Assembly (NCBI GenBank): GCA_902610315.1
Contig: CACLVA010000001.1
Coordinates: forward strand, 107,614 to 171,613
Direction of reading: 5' to 3'
DNA: 64,000 nt
Source of the DNA: an uncultured Pelagibacteraceae bacterium
GTDB taxonomy: Bacteria > Pseudomonadota > Alphaproteobacteria > Pelagibacterales > Pelagibacteraceae
Part shown: positions 39,591 to 49,859 of the stretch, in pieces
How positions within the stretch are numbered: the first letter of the stretch is position 1
How the letters are laid out: each line of letters starts with the position of its first letter
Notes under the pieces: generated by a model
What the model saw: the letters and a program-made list of their open reading frames with translations, nothing else
Told to the model about the DNA's origin: nothing
Databases searched by the model: none
Program-made: the position numbers and the translations under genes

Positions 39591-39708
39591 TAAATTTATA
39601 CTACCAATAGTTGTAAATAATTAAGTTTAGAACAATTTTAACCTAAGACTCCAAGTTCATTTTGTGCTTTAATATTGTCAAGTTAATTAACTAATAGAGG
39701 AGAAATAA

Positions 39709-40863
39709 ATGATTAAAGAAAAAAAATCATTGAAGGGAAAAATTCCTTCAAGACGTAAGTTCTTTAAGGCAGCGGCAGCAACTGGTGCAGCAGCAACAGC
39801 AGCAGTAGCAATGCCAAACATTGCATTCGGAGCTCCACAAACTCTAAAAATGCAAGCTGCATGGCCAAGTGGTGCTAACATCTTTTTTGAAATGGCAGGA
39901 GACTATTGCAAAATGGTTAGCGACATGTCTGGCGGTTCTTTAAAAATCGATCTTCAACCAGTTGGAGCAGTTGTGAAGACTAGTGAGATCGGTCAAGCGG
40001 TAAGTTCAGGTGCTGTAGATATGGGGCACTGGGTAACTGCTTATTGGTATGGTAAAAATCCAGCAGCATCATTATTTGGTACTGGACCATCATACGGTAT
40101 GTCATCTCAAGAAGTAATGGGATGGATGGAGTACGGTGGCGGAAGAAAACTGTATGAAGAAACACTTGCAAAAGTTGGTTTCGATTACACAGGTGTATTC
40201 CACATGCCTATGCCAGCACAACCTTTTGGTTGGTTTAAAAAGAACGTAACAAAAGTATCTGACGTTAAAGGTATGAAGTACAGAACAGTTGGTCTTGCTA
40301 CTAACGTTCTTACTGCAATGGGAATGGTCGTAAGACAGTTACCAGGTGGTGAAATTCAACCAGCTATGAAAACTGGTTTGATTGAGGCAGCTGAGTTTAA
40401 CAACCCAACTTCAGACTCTCAGTTTGGTATGCAAGATGTTTCTAAGCATTATCACTTAGGAAGCTTCCACCAATCTCAAGAGATGTTTGAGATACCAATT
40501 AACAATAAAACATTTAATGGTCTGTCACCAGCTAACCAAGCAATATTGAAAAATGCTGCTTACGCTGCAAATACAGATAACTACTTTAAAGCATTAGTTA
40601 GATATTCAGCTGATTTATCTAAATTAATGAATCAACATAAAGTAAATGTTTACCAAACTTCAGATGAAATTTTAGCTCAACAGTTAAAAGGTTGGGATAA
40701 AGTTATCGGTGATTTCAATAAGAAAGATCCTTTCTTTAAGAAAATCGTCGATTCTCAAAAAGCATACGCTAAGAGAGTAATGAAATACTTGCTGATGAAT
40801 CAGCCTAATTACAAGCTAGCATATGAAAATGAGTTTGGACCAATTGCTAAAGTAAAAATATAA
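39709..40863 (+). CDS. dctP: TRAP substrate-binding protein (TakP/2-oxo-acid type), Tat-exported
   Basis: SRRKFFK Tat motif, YWYGK, QPFGWF, AAEFNNP; AGAGGAG RBS. Confidence 0.9.
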   Translation: MIKEKKSLKGKIPSRRKFFKAAAATGAAATAAVAMPNIAFGAPQTLKMQAAWPSGANIFFEMAGDYCKMVSDMSGGSLKIDLQPVGAVVKTSEIGQAVSSGAVDMGHWVTAYWYGKNPAASLFGTGPSYGMSSQEVMGWMEYGGGRKLYEETLAKVGFDYTGVFHMPMPAQPFGWFKKNVTKVSDVKGMKYRTVGLATNVLTAMGMVVRQLPGGEIQPAMKTGLIEAAEFNNPTSDSQFGMQDVSKHYHLGSFHQSQEMFEIPINNKTFNGLSPANQAILKNAAYAANTDNYFKALVRYSADLSKLMNQHKVNVYQTSDEILAQQLKGWDKVIGDFNKKDPFFKKIVDSQKAYAKRVMKYLLMNQPNYKLAYENEFGPIAKVKI

Positions 40864-40882
40864 TCAAGATATAATCTTAATT

Positions 40883-40909
40883 AAGGGGGCCAATGGCCCC
40901 CTTTTTTTT
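40883..40909 (+). terminator. Intrinsic terminator between dctP and dctQ
   Basis: AAGGGGGCC-aat-GGCCCCCTT followed by a T-run. Confidence 0.88.
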
Positions 40910-40947
40910 GTTTGATTAATAGATAGAATTTAACGTAAAGTGATATT

Positions 40948-41535
40948 ATGAAATCTTTCATAAAATTTGCTGATACATTAAGCGCATCAATGGGTAAAGC
41001 CTTCTCATGGTGCATAGTTATACTTATGGGTGGAACATGCTATGAAGTAATAATGGCTTACGCTTTTAACAGCCCTACACTTTGGAATTTTGACTTTAGT
41101 TTACAAATGTATGGAGCAATTTTTATGATGGCAGGTGCTTATTGTTTGTCAACAGAGGCACATGTTAGAGGAGATGTTATTTACAGACTATTTCCTACAA
41201 GAGTTCAGGGCTGGATTGATTTAATTTTATATTTTATTTTTTTCTTCCCTGGAATTTTAGCTCTAGTATTTTATGGATATGAATATGCAGCGTTAGCATG
41301 GAAAATTAAAGAAACTAGTTGGAACAGTCCGGCTCAAATACAAATTTATATGGCAAAATCTATAATACCTCTGTCAGGAATTTTATTAACAATCCAAGGA
41401 ATTAGTGAAGTTTGTAGAGCGATCATTTGTATTAAAACAGGTCATTGGCCGGAGAGAATGTCAGCAGGTGCTGAAGAAACCGAAAAAATATTAATGAGAA
41501 CATCTCAGAAAGACGAAAAAGCTGATGTTATTTGA
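40948..41535 (+). CDS. dctQ: TRAP small permease
   Basis: Four TM helices, AHVRGD motif; follows dctP. Confidence 0.9.
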   Translation: MKSFIKFADTLSASMGKAFSWCIVILMGGTCYEVIMAYAFNSPTLWNFDFSLQMYGAIFMMAGAYCLSTEAHVRGDVIYRLFPTRVQGWIDLILYFIFFFPGILALVFYGYEYAALAWKIKETSWNSPAQIQIYMAKSIIPLSGILLTIQGISEVCRAIICIKTGHWPERMSAGAEETEKILMRTSQKDEKADVI

Positions 41536-42886
41536 ATTAACAAATCCAGAAATTGCAATATTAATGATGAGCTTATTTTTATTTGCAGTTCTTTTAGGTT
41601 TTCCAATTGCATTCACTCTACTAGCTATGGGTGTTGGGTTTGGATATTACGCTTATTTTGATCCAACTAGGATGGATCATCTGCTTGATAATCGGATATT
41701 TTCTTTATTAGTCCAAAATACTTACACCATAATGGATAATACAGTTTTAACTGCGGTGCCTTTATTTTTATTTATGGGTTACTTAGTTGAAAGAGCTGGG
41801 ATAGTAGCAAAATTGTTTTTTGCTATAAGACTTGCTTCCCATAGATTGCCAGCCTCAATGGCTGTCGCAGCACTTGTAACATGTGCATTATTTTCTACAG
41901 CAACTGGAATAATTGGAGCAGTTGTAACTTTAATGGGCCTTTTAGCTTGGCCGGCAATGATAAGAGCGGGATATGATAAAAAATTTGCATCCGGAGTTAT
42001 ATGTTCAGGTGGATGTTTGGGAATTTTAATACCTCCAAGTATTATGTTAATTGTATATGCAGTAATAGCTCAATTATCTCCACTAAGACTTTTTGCTGCC
42101 GCTATATTTCCTGGCTTAATGTTAGCAGGTCTTTACATTTTATATGTAATTATAAGAGCATATTTCAATCCTTCTTTAGCACCTAAGCCTGCGGCAGAGG
42201 AAATTCCGCCAAGATCAGTAATTTTAAAAGAAGTTCTAGTTTCTTTTGTTCCATTGTTCTCATTAATAATTTTAGTTTTAGGTACAATTTTAGGTGGACT
42301 AGCTACTCCAGCAGAGGCGGCCGCAGTAGGAGCATTTGGAGCTTTAATTTTATCTTTTTTTTATAAGTCATTAAAATGGAAAAATTTTAAAGAATCTGTT
42401 TTTCTAACAGCTAAAACAAGTGCAATGATTATGTGGTTATTTGTTGGATCTTGGACATTTGCATCAGTTTTCTCATATTTAGGCGGCCACGAAGTTTTTG
42501 AAGAATTTTTTAAATCAATGGATATTCAACCTTGGCAATTTTTAGTTATCACGCAAATCATAATATTTTTACTTGGTTGGCCACTAGAGTGGACTGAAAT
42601 TTTAATTATATTTGTCCCAATATTTTTACCGCTAGTAGAATTTTTTGGAGTAAACCCGTATTTTTTTGCAATGTTAATAGCTTTAAATTTACAAACATCT
42701 TTTCTAACTCCACCGATGGCAATGTCGGCTTATTATTTAAAGGGTGTGCAAAGTAGAAACGTTGAATTAATGCAAATCTTTAGAGGTATAATGCCTTTTC
42801 TTGGAATAGTAATATTTGCAATGGTTTTAATGTATATGTTTCCTGGTATCGCTTTATGGTTACCAGATGTTTTATTCGCAGAATAA
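41525..42886 (+). CDS. dctM: TRAP large permease
   Basis: AVPLFLFMG, LGILIPPS, TPAEAAA, QTSFLTPP. Confidence 0.93.
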   Translation: MLFELTNPEIAILMMSLFLFAVLLGFPIAFTLLAMGVGFGYYAYFDPTRMDHLLDNRIFSLLVQNTYTIMDNTVLTAVPLFLFMGYLVERAGIVAKLFFAIRLASHRLPASMAVAALVTCALFSTATGIIGAVVTLMGLLAWPAMIRAGYDKKFASGVICSGGCLGILIPPSIMLIVYAVIAQLSPLRLFAAAIFPGLMLAGLYILYVIIRAYFNPSLAPKPAAEEIPPRSVILKEVLVSFVPLFSLIILVLGTILGGLATPAEAAAVGAFGALILSFFYKSLKWKNFKESVFLTAKTSAMIMWLFVGSWTFASVFSYLGGHEVFEEFFKSMDIQPWQFLVITQIIIFLLGWPLEWTEILIIFVPIFLPLVEFFGVNPYFFAMLIALNLQTSFLTPPMAMSAYYLKGVQSRNVELMQIFRGIMPFLGIVIFAMVLMYMFPGIALWLPDVLFAE

Positions 42887-42892
42887 ATTTTA

Positions 42893-44230
42893 ATGTCCAA
42901 TATATTTCAATTAACTGTCTATGAAATAGCAGAAAAAATAAAAAAATCTGATCTAAACTCTGTTGATTTGTGTAAATCGTACATTGAGCAAATAGATAAA
43001 TTTGAAAAAGATGTAAAAGCTTGGGCTCATTTTGATAAAAAACTACTTCTAGAAAAAGCAGAAGAGGCAGACAATCATAGAAGGTCGGGCAAACCCGTAG
43101 GCCCTCTACACGGAATTCCAGTAGCACTAAAAGATATAATTGGAACTTATGATATGCCTACTGAGTGTGGAACTGTTTTAAGAAAAGGCAAAACAGAGTC
43201 ACAAAATGCAGAGATAGTAGATTTACTTAAATCAGCAGGGGCGTTAATCATGGGAAAAACGAATACTTCTGAATTAGCTTATCTTGCTCCACCTAAAACA
43301 ACAAATCCTCACGACTATTCAAGAACTCCAGGTGGATCTTCTAGTGGGTCGGCAGCTGTTATAGCTTCTCATATGGCGCCTTTATCAATTGGTTCTCAAA
43401 CAGGAGGTTCAGTGATTAGACCAGCGTCTTATTGCGGTGTCGTTGGTTATAAACCGAGTTATGGATTAATTTCACGTAATGGAGTTTTAAGAACTTCGTA
43501 TAATCTTGACCATATAGGAGTTTTTGGAAGAACCGTAGAAGATGTTGCATTACTAGCAAAAGTGTTAATTAAAAAAGACTCTTACGATAAAGCGACCATA
43601 CATTACTCTTCAGAATTTATGTTAGATGAGTGTAAAAAAGGACCTATGTTTGATCCAAAGTTTATTTTTTATAAGACAGATAGTTGGAAGAAAGTTGATA
43701 AAAAATCCAGAGAGGCATTTGAATATTTTATAAAATCTTTTAAAAAAAACATCGAAGTATTTGATACCCCTTCATACTTTAAGGATATAGACAAATATCA
43801 TAGATTAATACATGAAACTGATTTAGCTAATAACTTTCAAGTTTATTACAAAAAATCAAAATCAAAACTTTCAAAGGAAATGCAATCAGCTATTTCAAAA
43901 GGTATGAAGCATTCTGCCAAAGAATATTTAGATGCTGTTGACTTTATGGAGAGAAGTTATGAATCTTATAAAGAGGTATTTGAAGATTATCATGGAGTAT
44001 TAAGTCCATGCAGCACTGGTGTAGCTGATAAAGGTTTAAAAAGTACAGGAAGTGCTGATTTTAATAGAGTATGGTCGTATATGCATACACCAGCAATTTC
44101 TCTACCTTTACTTCAAGGAGAAAATAATTTACCATTAGGTGTACAATTAGTTGGCGACAGGCATGACGATAACAGATTTTTAGGTGTAGCTAACTGGCTG
44201 GAAAAGGAGAGCAAAAAATTTAATGAATAA
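42893..44230 (+). CDS. Amidase signature family enzyme
   Basis: GIPVALKD, PGGSSSGSAA, GSQTGGSVIRPA (Lys-cisSer-Ser triad). Confidence 0.92.
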   Translation: MSNIFQLTVYEIAEKIKKSDLNSVDLCKSYIEQIDKFEKDVKAWAHFDKKLLLEKAEEADNHRRSGKPVGPLHGIPVALKDIIGTYDMPTECGTVLRKGKTESQNAEIVDLLKSAGALIMGKTNTSELAYLAPPKTTNPHDYSRTPGGSSSGSAAVIASHMAPLSIGSQTGGSVIRPASYCGVVGYKPSYGLISRNGVLRTSYNLDHIGVFGRTVEDVALLAKVLIKKDSYDKATIHYSSEFMLDECKKGPMFDPKFIFYKTDSWKKVDKKSREAFEYFIKSFKKNIEVFDTPSYFKDIDKYHRLIHETDLANNFQVYYKKSKSKLSKEMQSAISKGMKHSAKEYLDAVDFMERSYESYKEVFEDYHGVLSPCSTGVADKGLKSTGSADFNRVWSYMHTPAISLPLLQGENNLPLGVQLVGDRHDDNRFLGVANWLEKESKKFNE

Positions 44231-44399
44231 AATCACAGTTATTATTGGTCTAAGTTTTGCAATATTTTTTTTAGTTGGACTCGCAACAACACTAACAAGA
44301 TCTATGATGATTGGTTTTTTGGATGTTTTGCCAGTATATATCTTAATGGGTATAGCGATAGTAATGATGATATACGAATCTTTTTTCGATAAATCATAA
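44223..44399 (+). CDS. Small two-TM membrane protein, 58 aa (not in the ORF track)
   Basis: MNKITVIIGLSFAIFFLVGLATTLTRSMMIGFLDVLPVYILMGIAIVMMIYESFFDKS; overlaps the amidase stop and fills the gap to the DMT gene. Confidence 0.75.
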   Translation: MNKITVIIGLSFAIFFLVGLATTLTRSMMIGFLDVLPVYILMGIAIVMMIYESFFDKS

Positions 44400-44407
44400 C
44401 AAGTTTC

Positions 44408-45301
44408 GTGATTAAAAAAGAGCTTCTAGCTTATTCTTTATTAGTAATTCAACCAATATTTATGGCAAGCAATCTTGTAGTTGCAAGAGGTGGAGTTGAA
44501 TACATACCGCCAATATCTCTTGCTTTTTGGCGGTGGTTAACAGTTTTTTTAATTCTTCTAATTTTTAATTACACAATTTTTTCTAAAAAAAAAATTATAC
44601 TTAAAGAATATAAGAAATTGTTTTTTTTGGGTTTTATGGGATGTGGAGTTTGTGGAGCTTTTCCATTTATTGCAGGTCAAACTACGACAATAATAAATAT
44701 GGGTATAATTTATACTTCTTCTCCAATTTTTATAATTTTAATAAGCTATTTTTTTTTTAAAGAAAAAATGAATTTACTTAAAATAATAGGACTAATATCA
44801 TGTTTATTAGGAGTTATAATTATTATTATCAAAGGAGATTATTTAGCATTAATTGAACTAATGTTTACCAAAGGTGATCTCTGGATGTTAGGAGCATCAA
44901 TTGGTTGGGCTTTATACTCTATATTTCTGTTTTATTGGAAGTCATCGCTTAAAGTATTTGAACGTTTTACACTAATATCTTTATTTGGTGCTTTAAGTTT
45001 ATTACCTTTTTATCTGACTGAAGAAATTTTTGTAAAAAGTACTACGTTTGATACAAACTTTATAATTTGGGTAATATTTGCTGCAGTCTCACCAGGGATA
45101 ATTGCATTTTCCTTGTATACCTATGCTCAAAGATATTTAGGAGCAACTACAACTGGTTTTACTTTATATCTTTTTACTGTGTATGGTGCTTTTTATGGAA
45201 TTTTGTTTTTTGGTGAAAATTTAAAAACTTTCCATGTATATGGAACAATATTAGTATTTTTAGGTGTTTATTTAGTAAAATATAAAAAAAAAAATGTATA
45301 A
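44408..45301 (+). CDS. DMT/EamA family transporter
   Basis: About ten TMs; PISLAFWRW, FFKEK, GDLWML, FFGE. Confidence 0.88.
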   Translation: MIKKELLAYSLLVIQPIFMASNLVVARGGVEYIPPISLAFWRWLTVFLILLIFNYTIFSKKKIILKEYKKLFFLGFMGCGVCGAFPFIAGQTTTIINMGIIYTSSPIFIILISYFFFKEKMNLLKIIGLISCLLGVIIIIIKGDYLALIELMFTKGDLWMLGASIGWALYSIFLFYWKSSLKVFERFTLISLFGALSLLPFYLTEEIFVKSTTFDTNFIIWVIFAAVSPGIIAFSLYTYAQRYLGATTTGFTLYLFTVYGAFYGILFFGENLKTFHVYGTILVFLGVYLVKYKKKNV

Positions 45302-46103
45302 GAAAATTTCAATGATAATTTTAAATTCAGCTATAGCTTTAACAGTCATTTATCTAGTGGTTGTAATCGTTATTTTTCTTTCACAGAGAAAATTAATGTA
45401 TCACCCTAATGAAAATAACTATCTTGAGGAAAATCAATTAAATCATAAAATTGAAAAAGTTTATATTAATTCAGATTTTAAACTTTTAGGCTGGCATCAT
45501 GTAAAAAATAAAAAATTTAAAACATTGCTCTTTTTTCATGGTAATGCAGGAAATCTTCAAAATAGAATTTATAAATTAAATGATATTTCAAAACTTGATT
45601 TAAACTATTTGATTATAGCTTACAGAGGATTTAGTGGTAATAAGGGTGAGCCAAATGAAATCGGTCTTTACAAAGATTCTGAGGCAGCAAAAAAATGGTT
45701 AAATAATATTGGTGTATCTGACAAAGACATAATTTTATACGGTGAGTCGTTAGGAACAGCAGTGGCTGTTGATTTAGGATCAAAACATAATTTTTCAGGA
45801 ATAATTTTAGAGTCGCCTTTTACATCAATGGTTAAATTATCAAAAATATATTATCCATATTTACCAGTAAAAATACTTTTGAAAGATAAATACGAATCGA
45901 TAAAAAAAATTGATAAAATAAAATTTCCTAAAATGGTAATGCATGGTGACAAAGATAAAATTGTCCCTTTCAGCATGGGAAAAGAAATGTTCGAAAAGTT
46001 TTCTGAACCCAAGTTAAGTTATTTTAGAAAAGGTGATGACCATATGATGGAATTTGATGAAGAGTTGTTAGAAAAAATTAAAAAGTTTTTAAAAATTATA
46101 TAG
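45294..46103 (+). CDS. Membrane-anchored alpha/beta hydrolase
   Basis: FFHGNAGN, YRGF, YGESLG, HGDKD.IVP, DDH. Confidence 0.87.
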   Translation: MYKKISMIILNSAIALTVIYLVVVIVIFLSQRKLMYHPNENNYLEENQLNHKIEKVYINSDFKLLGWHHVKNKKFKTLLFFHGNAGNLQNRIYKLNDISKLDLNYLIIAYRGFSGNKGEPNEIGLYKDSEAAKKWLNNIGVSDKDIILYGESLGTAVAVDLGSKHNFSGIILESPFTSMVKLSKIYYPYLPVKILLKDKYESIKKIDKIKFPKMVMHGDKDKIVPFSMGKEMFEKFSEPKLSYFRKGDDHMMEFDEELLEKIKKFLKII

Positions 46104-46106
46104 TGA

Positions 46107-47027
46107 TCAATTAAAATTGATGAAATTTTTAGAAAAACTTTCACTATCAAAGATTTGAAGATCATCCTCTTTTTCACCAAACCCCAAAGCGATAATCGGT
46201 AACTGAAATTTTTTAGAAACTGCAATTAAAATACCACCTTTTGCTGTACCATCAAGTTTGGTCATAATTAACCCGGTGATTGGTATAATCTTATTGAATT
46301 CTTCGACTTGATTTATAGCGTTTTGACCAGACGTAGCGTCTAAGACTAAAATTACATCTTGTGGTGCTTTCTCATCTATTTTTTTTATTACATTTCCAAT
46401 TTTTTTAAATTCATCCATTAAATTTTTTTTATTTTGCAATCTACCAGCTGTATCTATTAAAGTAATATCTATATTATTGTTCTTTGCAAACTCCATAGCC
46501 TTATAGGCAACGGATGCAGGATCACTTCCTGGTTCGGACTTAATTATTTCGCAATTTAATTTTTTTGACCATCTCTCCAGCTGATCAATTGCTGCTGCTC
46601 TAAATGTGTCACAAGCAGCAAAAATTACTTCATTATGATTTGATTTATAAAGTTTTGACATTTTTGCAATTGTTGTGGTTTTGCCTACACCATTTACTCC
46701 AGAGATAAGAACTGTTTTTCTCGCTTCAGTTTTACTAAAAAAATTTTTGTTTTCTAAAGGTTTCAATAAAGAGTTTATATAATTATTTATAATATTTTGA
46801 ATCTCTTCAAGTTCGTTCTTACTTGGATCAATTTTACGGTTAGAAATTTCCTCTCTAATTTCAGAAGATGCTTTTACCCCTACATCTGATTGGATTAAAA
46901 ATTCCTCAATTTTTTCTAATTCTTTATCACCAATTTCTTTGTTAATTATGATTTCTTTAATACCTTTAGAAAAATTTGAAGTAGTTTTTTTTAAACCGTC
47001 TTTAAATTTTTTAAAAATATTTATCAT
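46107..47027 (-). CDS. ftsY: SRP receptor FtsY (NG domain only)
   Basis: GVNGVGKTTT, DTFRAAA, DTAGR, TKLDGTAKGG. Confidence 0.96.
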   Translation of the reverse strand: MINIFKKFKDGLKKTTSNFSKGIKEIIINKEIGDKELEKIEEFLIQSDVGVKASSEIREEISNRKIDPSKNELEEIQNIINNYINSLLKPLENKNFFSKTEARKTVLISGVNGVGKTTTIAKMSKLYKSNHNEVIFAACDTFRAAAIDQLERWSKKLNCEIIKSEPGSDPASVAYKAMEFAKNNNIDITLIDTAGRLQNKKNLMDEFKKIGNVIKKIDEKAPQDVILVLDATSGQNAINQVEEFNKIIPITGLIMTKLDGTAKGGILIAVSKKFQLPIIALGFGEKEDDLQIFDSESFSKNFINFN

Positions 47028-47836
47028 AGGTTTAAATGAATTTTTTCTATATTAGATACATTTCCTTCCATAAGGATATTTCCATCAACGTCCTTATTTA
47101 TTTTGATCTTTCCTAATTTAAATTCAATTTCAGTAGGATAAATTGAAACTTTATTTATTTCACCTGCAATTGCTGTAGCACACGCTGCAGTACCACAAGC
47201 TTTAGTCAAGCCTGCCCCTCTTTCCCAATGTAAAACCTTAAAATGTTTATCATTAATTTTTTTTGCAAATGTCACGTTTACTTTTTCTGGAAACAAAGAA
47301 TTACTTTCAATTTTAGGCCCTATGTCTTTTATTTGAATTTTATCTAAATCTTCAGTAAAAAAAATTATATGCGGATTTCCAACATTCACTGCTGTCCCTG
47401 AAAGATTAAGATTATCTACTTTAATTTCAACATTCTTTGTATCTACTTCTTTTGCTAAAGGTATTTCATTCCAATTTGTTTTAGGAATTCCAATATTAGT
47501 TTGGATATTATTCTCATTTAAGATTTTAGATTTTAGAATACCGCTCTCCGTTTCAAATGTGATTTCACTTTTAGCATTTTCTTTTGACAAAAGGCTTGCT
47601 ACACATCTCGTACCATTACCACAAGCTGCTGAGTCGGATCCATCAGAATTTTTAAAAATTAAATAAGCATCAACTTTTTCACTTTTTTTAACTAAAATTA
47701 GTTGATCGCAACCAATTTTTTTTCTGTCACAAATACTTTTTATTTGAGACTTATTTAATTCAAAGTCACTATCTCTTTGATCGATAATAACAAAGTCATT
47801 TCCTAAACCGTCCATTTTATATGCTTTAAAATCCAT
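47024..47836 (-). CDS. dapF: Diaminopimelate epimerase
   Basis: GLGNDF, IGCDQ, ACGNGTRC, NVGNPH, ERGAGLTKACGT. Confidence 0.96.
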   Translation of the reverse strand: MDFKAYKMDGLGNDFVIIDQRDSDFELNKSQIKSICDRKKIGCDQLILVKKSEKVDAYLIFKNSDGSDSAACGNGTRCVASLLSKENAKSEITFETESGILKSKILNENNIQTNIGIPKTNWNEIPLAKEVDTKNVEIKVDNLNLSGTAVNVGNPHIIFFTEDLDKIQIKDIGPKIESNSLFPEKVNVTFAKKINDKHFKVLHWERGAGLTKACGTAACATAIAGEINKVSIYPTEIEFKLGKIKINKDVDGNILMEGNVSNIEKIHLNL

Positions 47837-47896
47837 ATATTTATACTTAACTTATTTATTGACTTTTTGAACCTCTATTATAGTTTCTCACCACTT

Positions 47897-47988
47897 CCGC
47901 AAAAAAACAGCATTTTGCGGTGTCTTTGGAAACAAAGAGATCGACACCAGTCAGCGAGGGTTCGCCCACTGGTGCGATGACTGCTGGA
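47897..47988 (+). ncRNA. Structured ffh 5' leader (probable ffh RNA motif)
   Basis: GC-rich island with CCGCAAAA/TTTTGCGG, TCTTTG-GAAA-CAAAGA, and CACCAGT...GGG-TTCG-CCC-ACTGGTG hairpins just upstream of ffh. An ffh leader motif is known in Pelagibacter. Confidence 0.8.
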
Positions 47989-47995
47989 TTAAAAT

Positions 47996-49354
47996 ATGTT
48001 TGAAAATTTAACAAATAAATTCGAGGGTATACTCGATAAATTTAAAAAATCACCATCACTTGATGAAGGTCAGGTTGATGATGGTTTAAGATTAATAAGA
48101 CAAGCTCTATTAGAGGCAGATGTTTCTTTAGACGTCGCAAAAGAATTTATTAATAATGTTAAACCGAAAGTTTTAGGGAAAGAAATTCTAAGATCAACAG
48201 CTCCTGGGCAGATGGTTGTAAAAATTGTCTATGACGAGCTTGTAAATTTCTTAGGTGATAAAAATCAAGAAATTAATTTAAAATCTAATCCACCAATTTC
48301 AATTATGATGGTAGGACTCCAAGGATCTGGTAAGACAACTAGTTCCGCAAAATTATCTAAATTTTTAGAAAAAAATAACAAAAAAAAGATCATGATGGCA
48401 AGTTTAGATATTTATCGTCCTGCTGCTCAAGACCAATTAAAAGTTCTTGGTGAGCAAAATAATATTCAAACACTGCCAATAATAGAAGGTCAAACACCCA
48501 CGGATATTTGCAGAAGAGCCTTAACGGCTGCAAACCTTAATGGCTCAGATGTTATTATTTTTGATACCGCTGGAAGAACACAAATCGATTTACAGATGAT
48601 GAGTGAAATAAAACAAATAGAGGAAGTCATAAAACCAACTGAAACAATACTGGTCGCTGATTCACTTACTGGTCAAGTAGCTGCTAATGTGGCAAAGGAA
48701 TTTGGAAATACAGTAAAACTTACAGGAATAATTTTAACACGTGCTGATGGAGATGGAAGAGGTGGTGCAGCACTTAGTATGAAACATGTTGCTAATGTGC
48801 CAATCAAATTTTTAGGAATAGGAGAAAAAATTGAAAATCTAGAAATTTTTCACCCAGACAGGATTGCAAATAGAATTTTAGGTATGGGAGATATCGTTTC
48901 TTTAGTTGAGAAAGCAGCACAAGACATCGATGAAGAAAAATTAAAAGAAGCTGAAGAAACTTTAAAAAAAGGACAATTTTCACTAGATGATTATTTAACA
49001 CAATTAAGACAAATGAAAAAAATGGGTGGTATAGAGGGAGTAATGTCTTTTTTACCAGGTGTCTCAAAATTAAAATCACAAATGGATCAAGCAGGAGTTG
49101 ATGAAAAAATTATAACTCAAAATGAGGCAGTAATATTGTCAATGACAAAACAAGAAAGAGATAATCCTAAAATAATAAATGGATCTAGAAAAAAAAGAAT
49201 TGCTAATGGCTCTGGTACAGATATTGCCACTATCAATAAATTGTTAAAACAATTTAAAATGATGTCTGACATGATGAAAAAAATGTCAAAAGGAAACACA
49301 AAAGGGTTAATGGATAAAGGATTGCCACCAGAACTCTTCAATCAATTAAAATAA
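47996..49354 (+). CDS. ffh: Signal recognition particle protein
   Basis: [29 protein letters not shown] domain. Confidence 0.97.
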   Translation: MFENLTNKFEGILDKFKKSPSLDEGQVDDGLRLIRQALLEADVSLDVAKEFINNVKPKVLGKEILRSTAPGQMVVKIVYDELVNFLGDKNQEINLKSNPPISIMMVGLQGSGKTTSSAKLSKFLEKNNKKKIMMASLDIYRPAAQDQLKVLGEQNNIQTLPIIEGQTPTDICRRALTAANLNGSDVIIFDTAGRTQIDLQMMSEIKQIEEVIKPTETILVADSLTGQVAANVAKEFGNTVKLTGIILTRADGDGRGGAALSMKHVANVPIKFLGIGEKIENLEIFHPDRIANRILGMGDIVSLVEKAAQDIDEEKLKEAEETLKKGQFSLDDYLTQLRQMKKMGGIEGVMSFLPGVSKLKSQMDQAGVDEKIITQNEAVILSMTKQERDNPKIINGSRKKRIANGSGTDIATINKLLKQFKMMSDMMKKMSKGNTKGLMDKGLPPELFNQLK

Positions 49355-49367
49355 TAAAGGAGAAAAA

Positions 49368-49859
49368 ATGTTAAAACTTAGATTATCAATGGGCGGTACA
49401 AAAAAAAGACCAGTATATAAGATAGTTGTAGCAGACAGCAGATTTCCAAGAGATGGAAGATTTATAGAAAAACTAGGATATTTCAATCCACTGTTACCAA
49501 AAGATAAAAAAGATAGATTAGGTCTTGAATCTGAGAGAATTAAATATTGGTTAAGTCAAGGAGCAAAACCAACTACTAGAGTTGCAAGAATTTTAGGGGA
49601 GAATAAATTAATTGAAATGCCTGCAGCTGGTAATAATCCCAACAAAGCTATTCCAAAAAAAGATAGAAAAAAACAAGATGCTGGTGCTGAAAAAAAAGAG
49701 GATAAAAAAGCTGATGCTCCAAAGGCAGAAGAGAAAAAAGCTGATGCTCCAAAAGAAGCTCCAAAGGCAGAAGAGAAAAAAGCTGATGCTCCAAAGGCAG
49801 AAAAGAAAAAAGCTGATGCTCCAAAAGAAGTTCCAAAGGCAGAGGAAAATAAAAAATAA
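49368..49859 (+). CDS. rpsP: 30S ribosomal protein S16 with repetitive C-terminal tail
   Basis: [31 protein letters not shown]. Confidence 0.95.
   Translation: MLKLRLSMGGTKKRPVYKIVVADSRFPRDGRFIEKLGYFNPLLPKDKKDRLGLESERIKYWLSQGAKPTTRVARILGENKLIEMPAAGNNPNKAIPKKDRKKQDAGAEKKEDKKADAPKAEEKKADAPKEAPKAEEKKADAPKAEKKKADAPKEVPKAEENKK
49704..49847 (+). repeat. Coding tandem repeat in rpsP: 2 x 72 nt, built from four AAAAAAGCTGATGCTCCAAA units
   Basis: Encodes [24 protein letters not shown] twice with few substitutions. Confidence 0.9.

Noticed and set aside
40883-40909. Hairpin between dctP and dctQ as a regulatory RNA
   Set aside because: It is an ordinary terminator or stabiliser that gives excess binding-protein mRNA, typical of TRAP operons.
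46107-47027. FtsY lacking the acidic A domain
   Set aside because: NG-only FtsY is common in small-genome Alphaproteobacteria.
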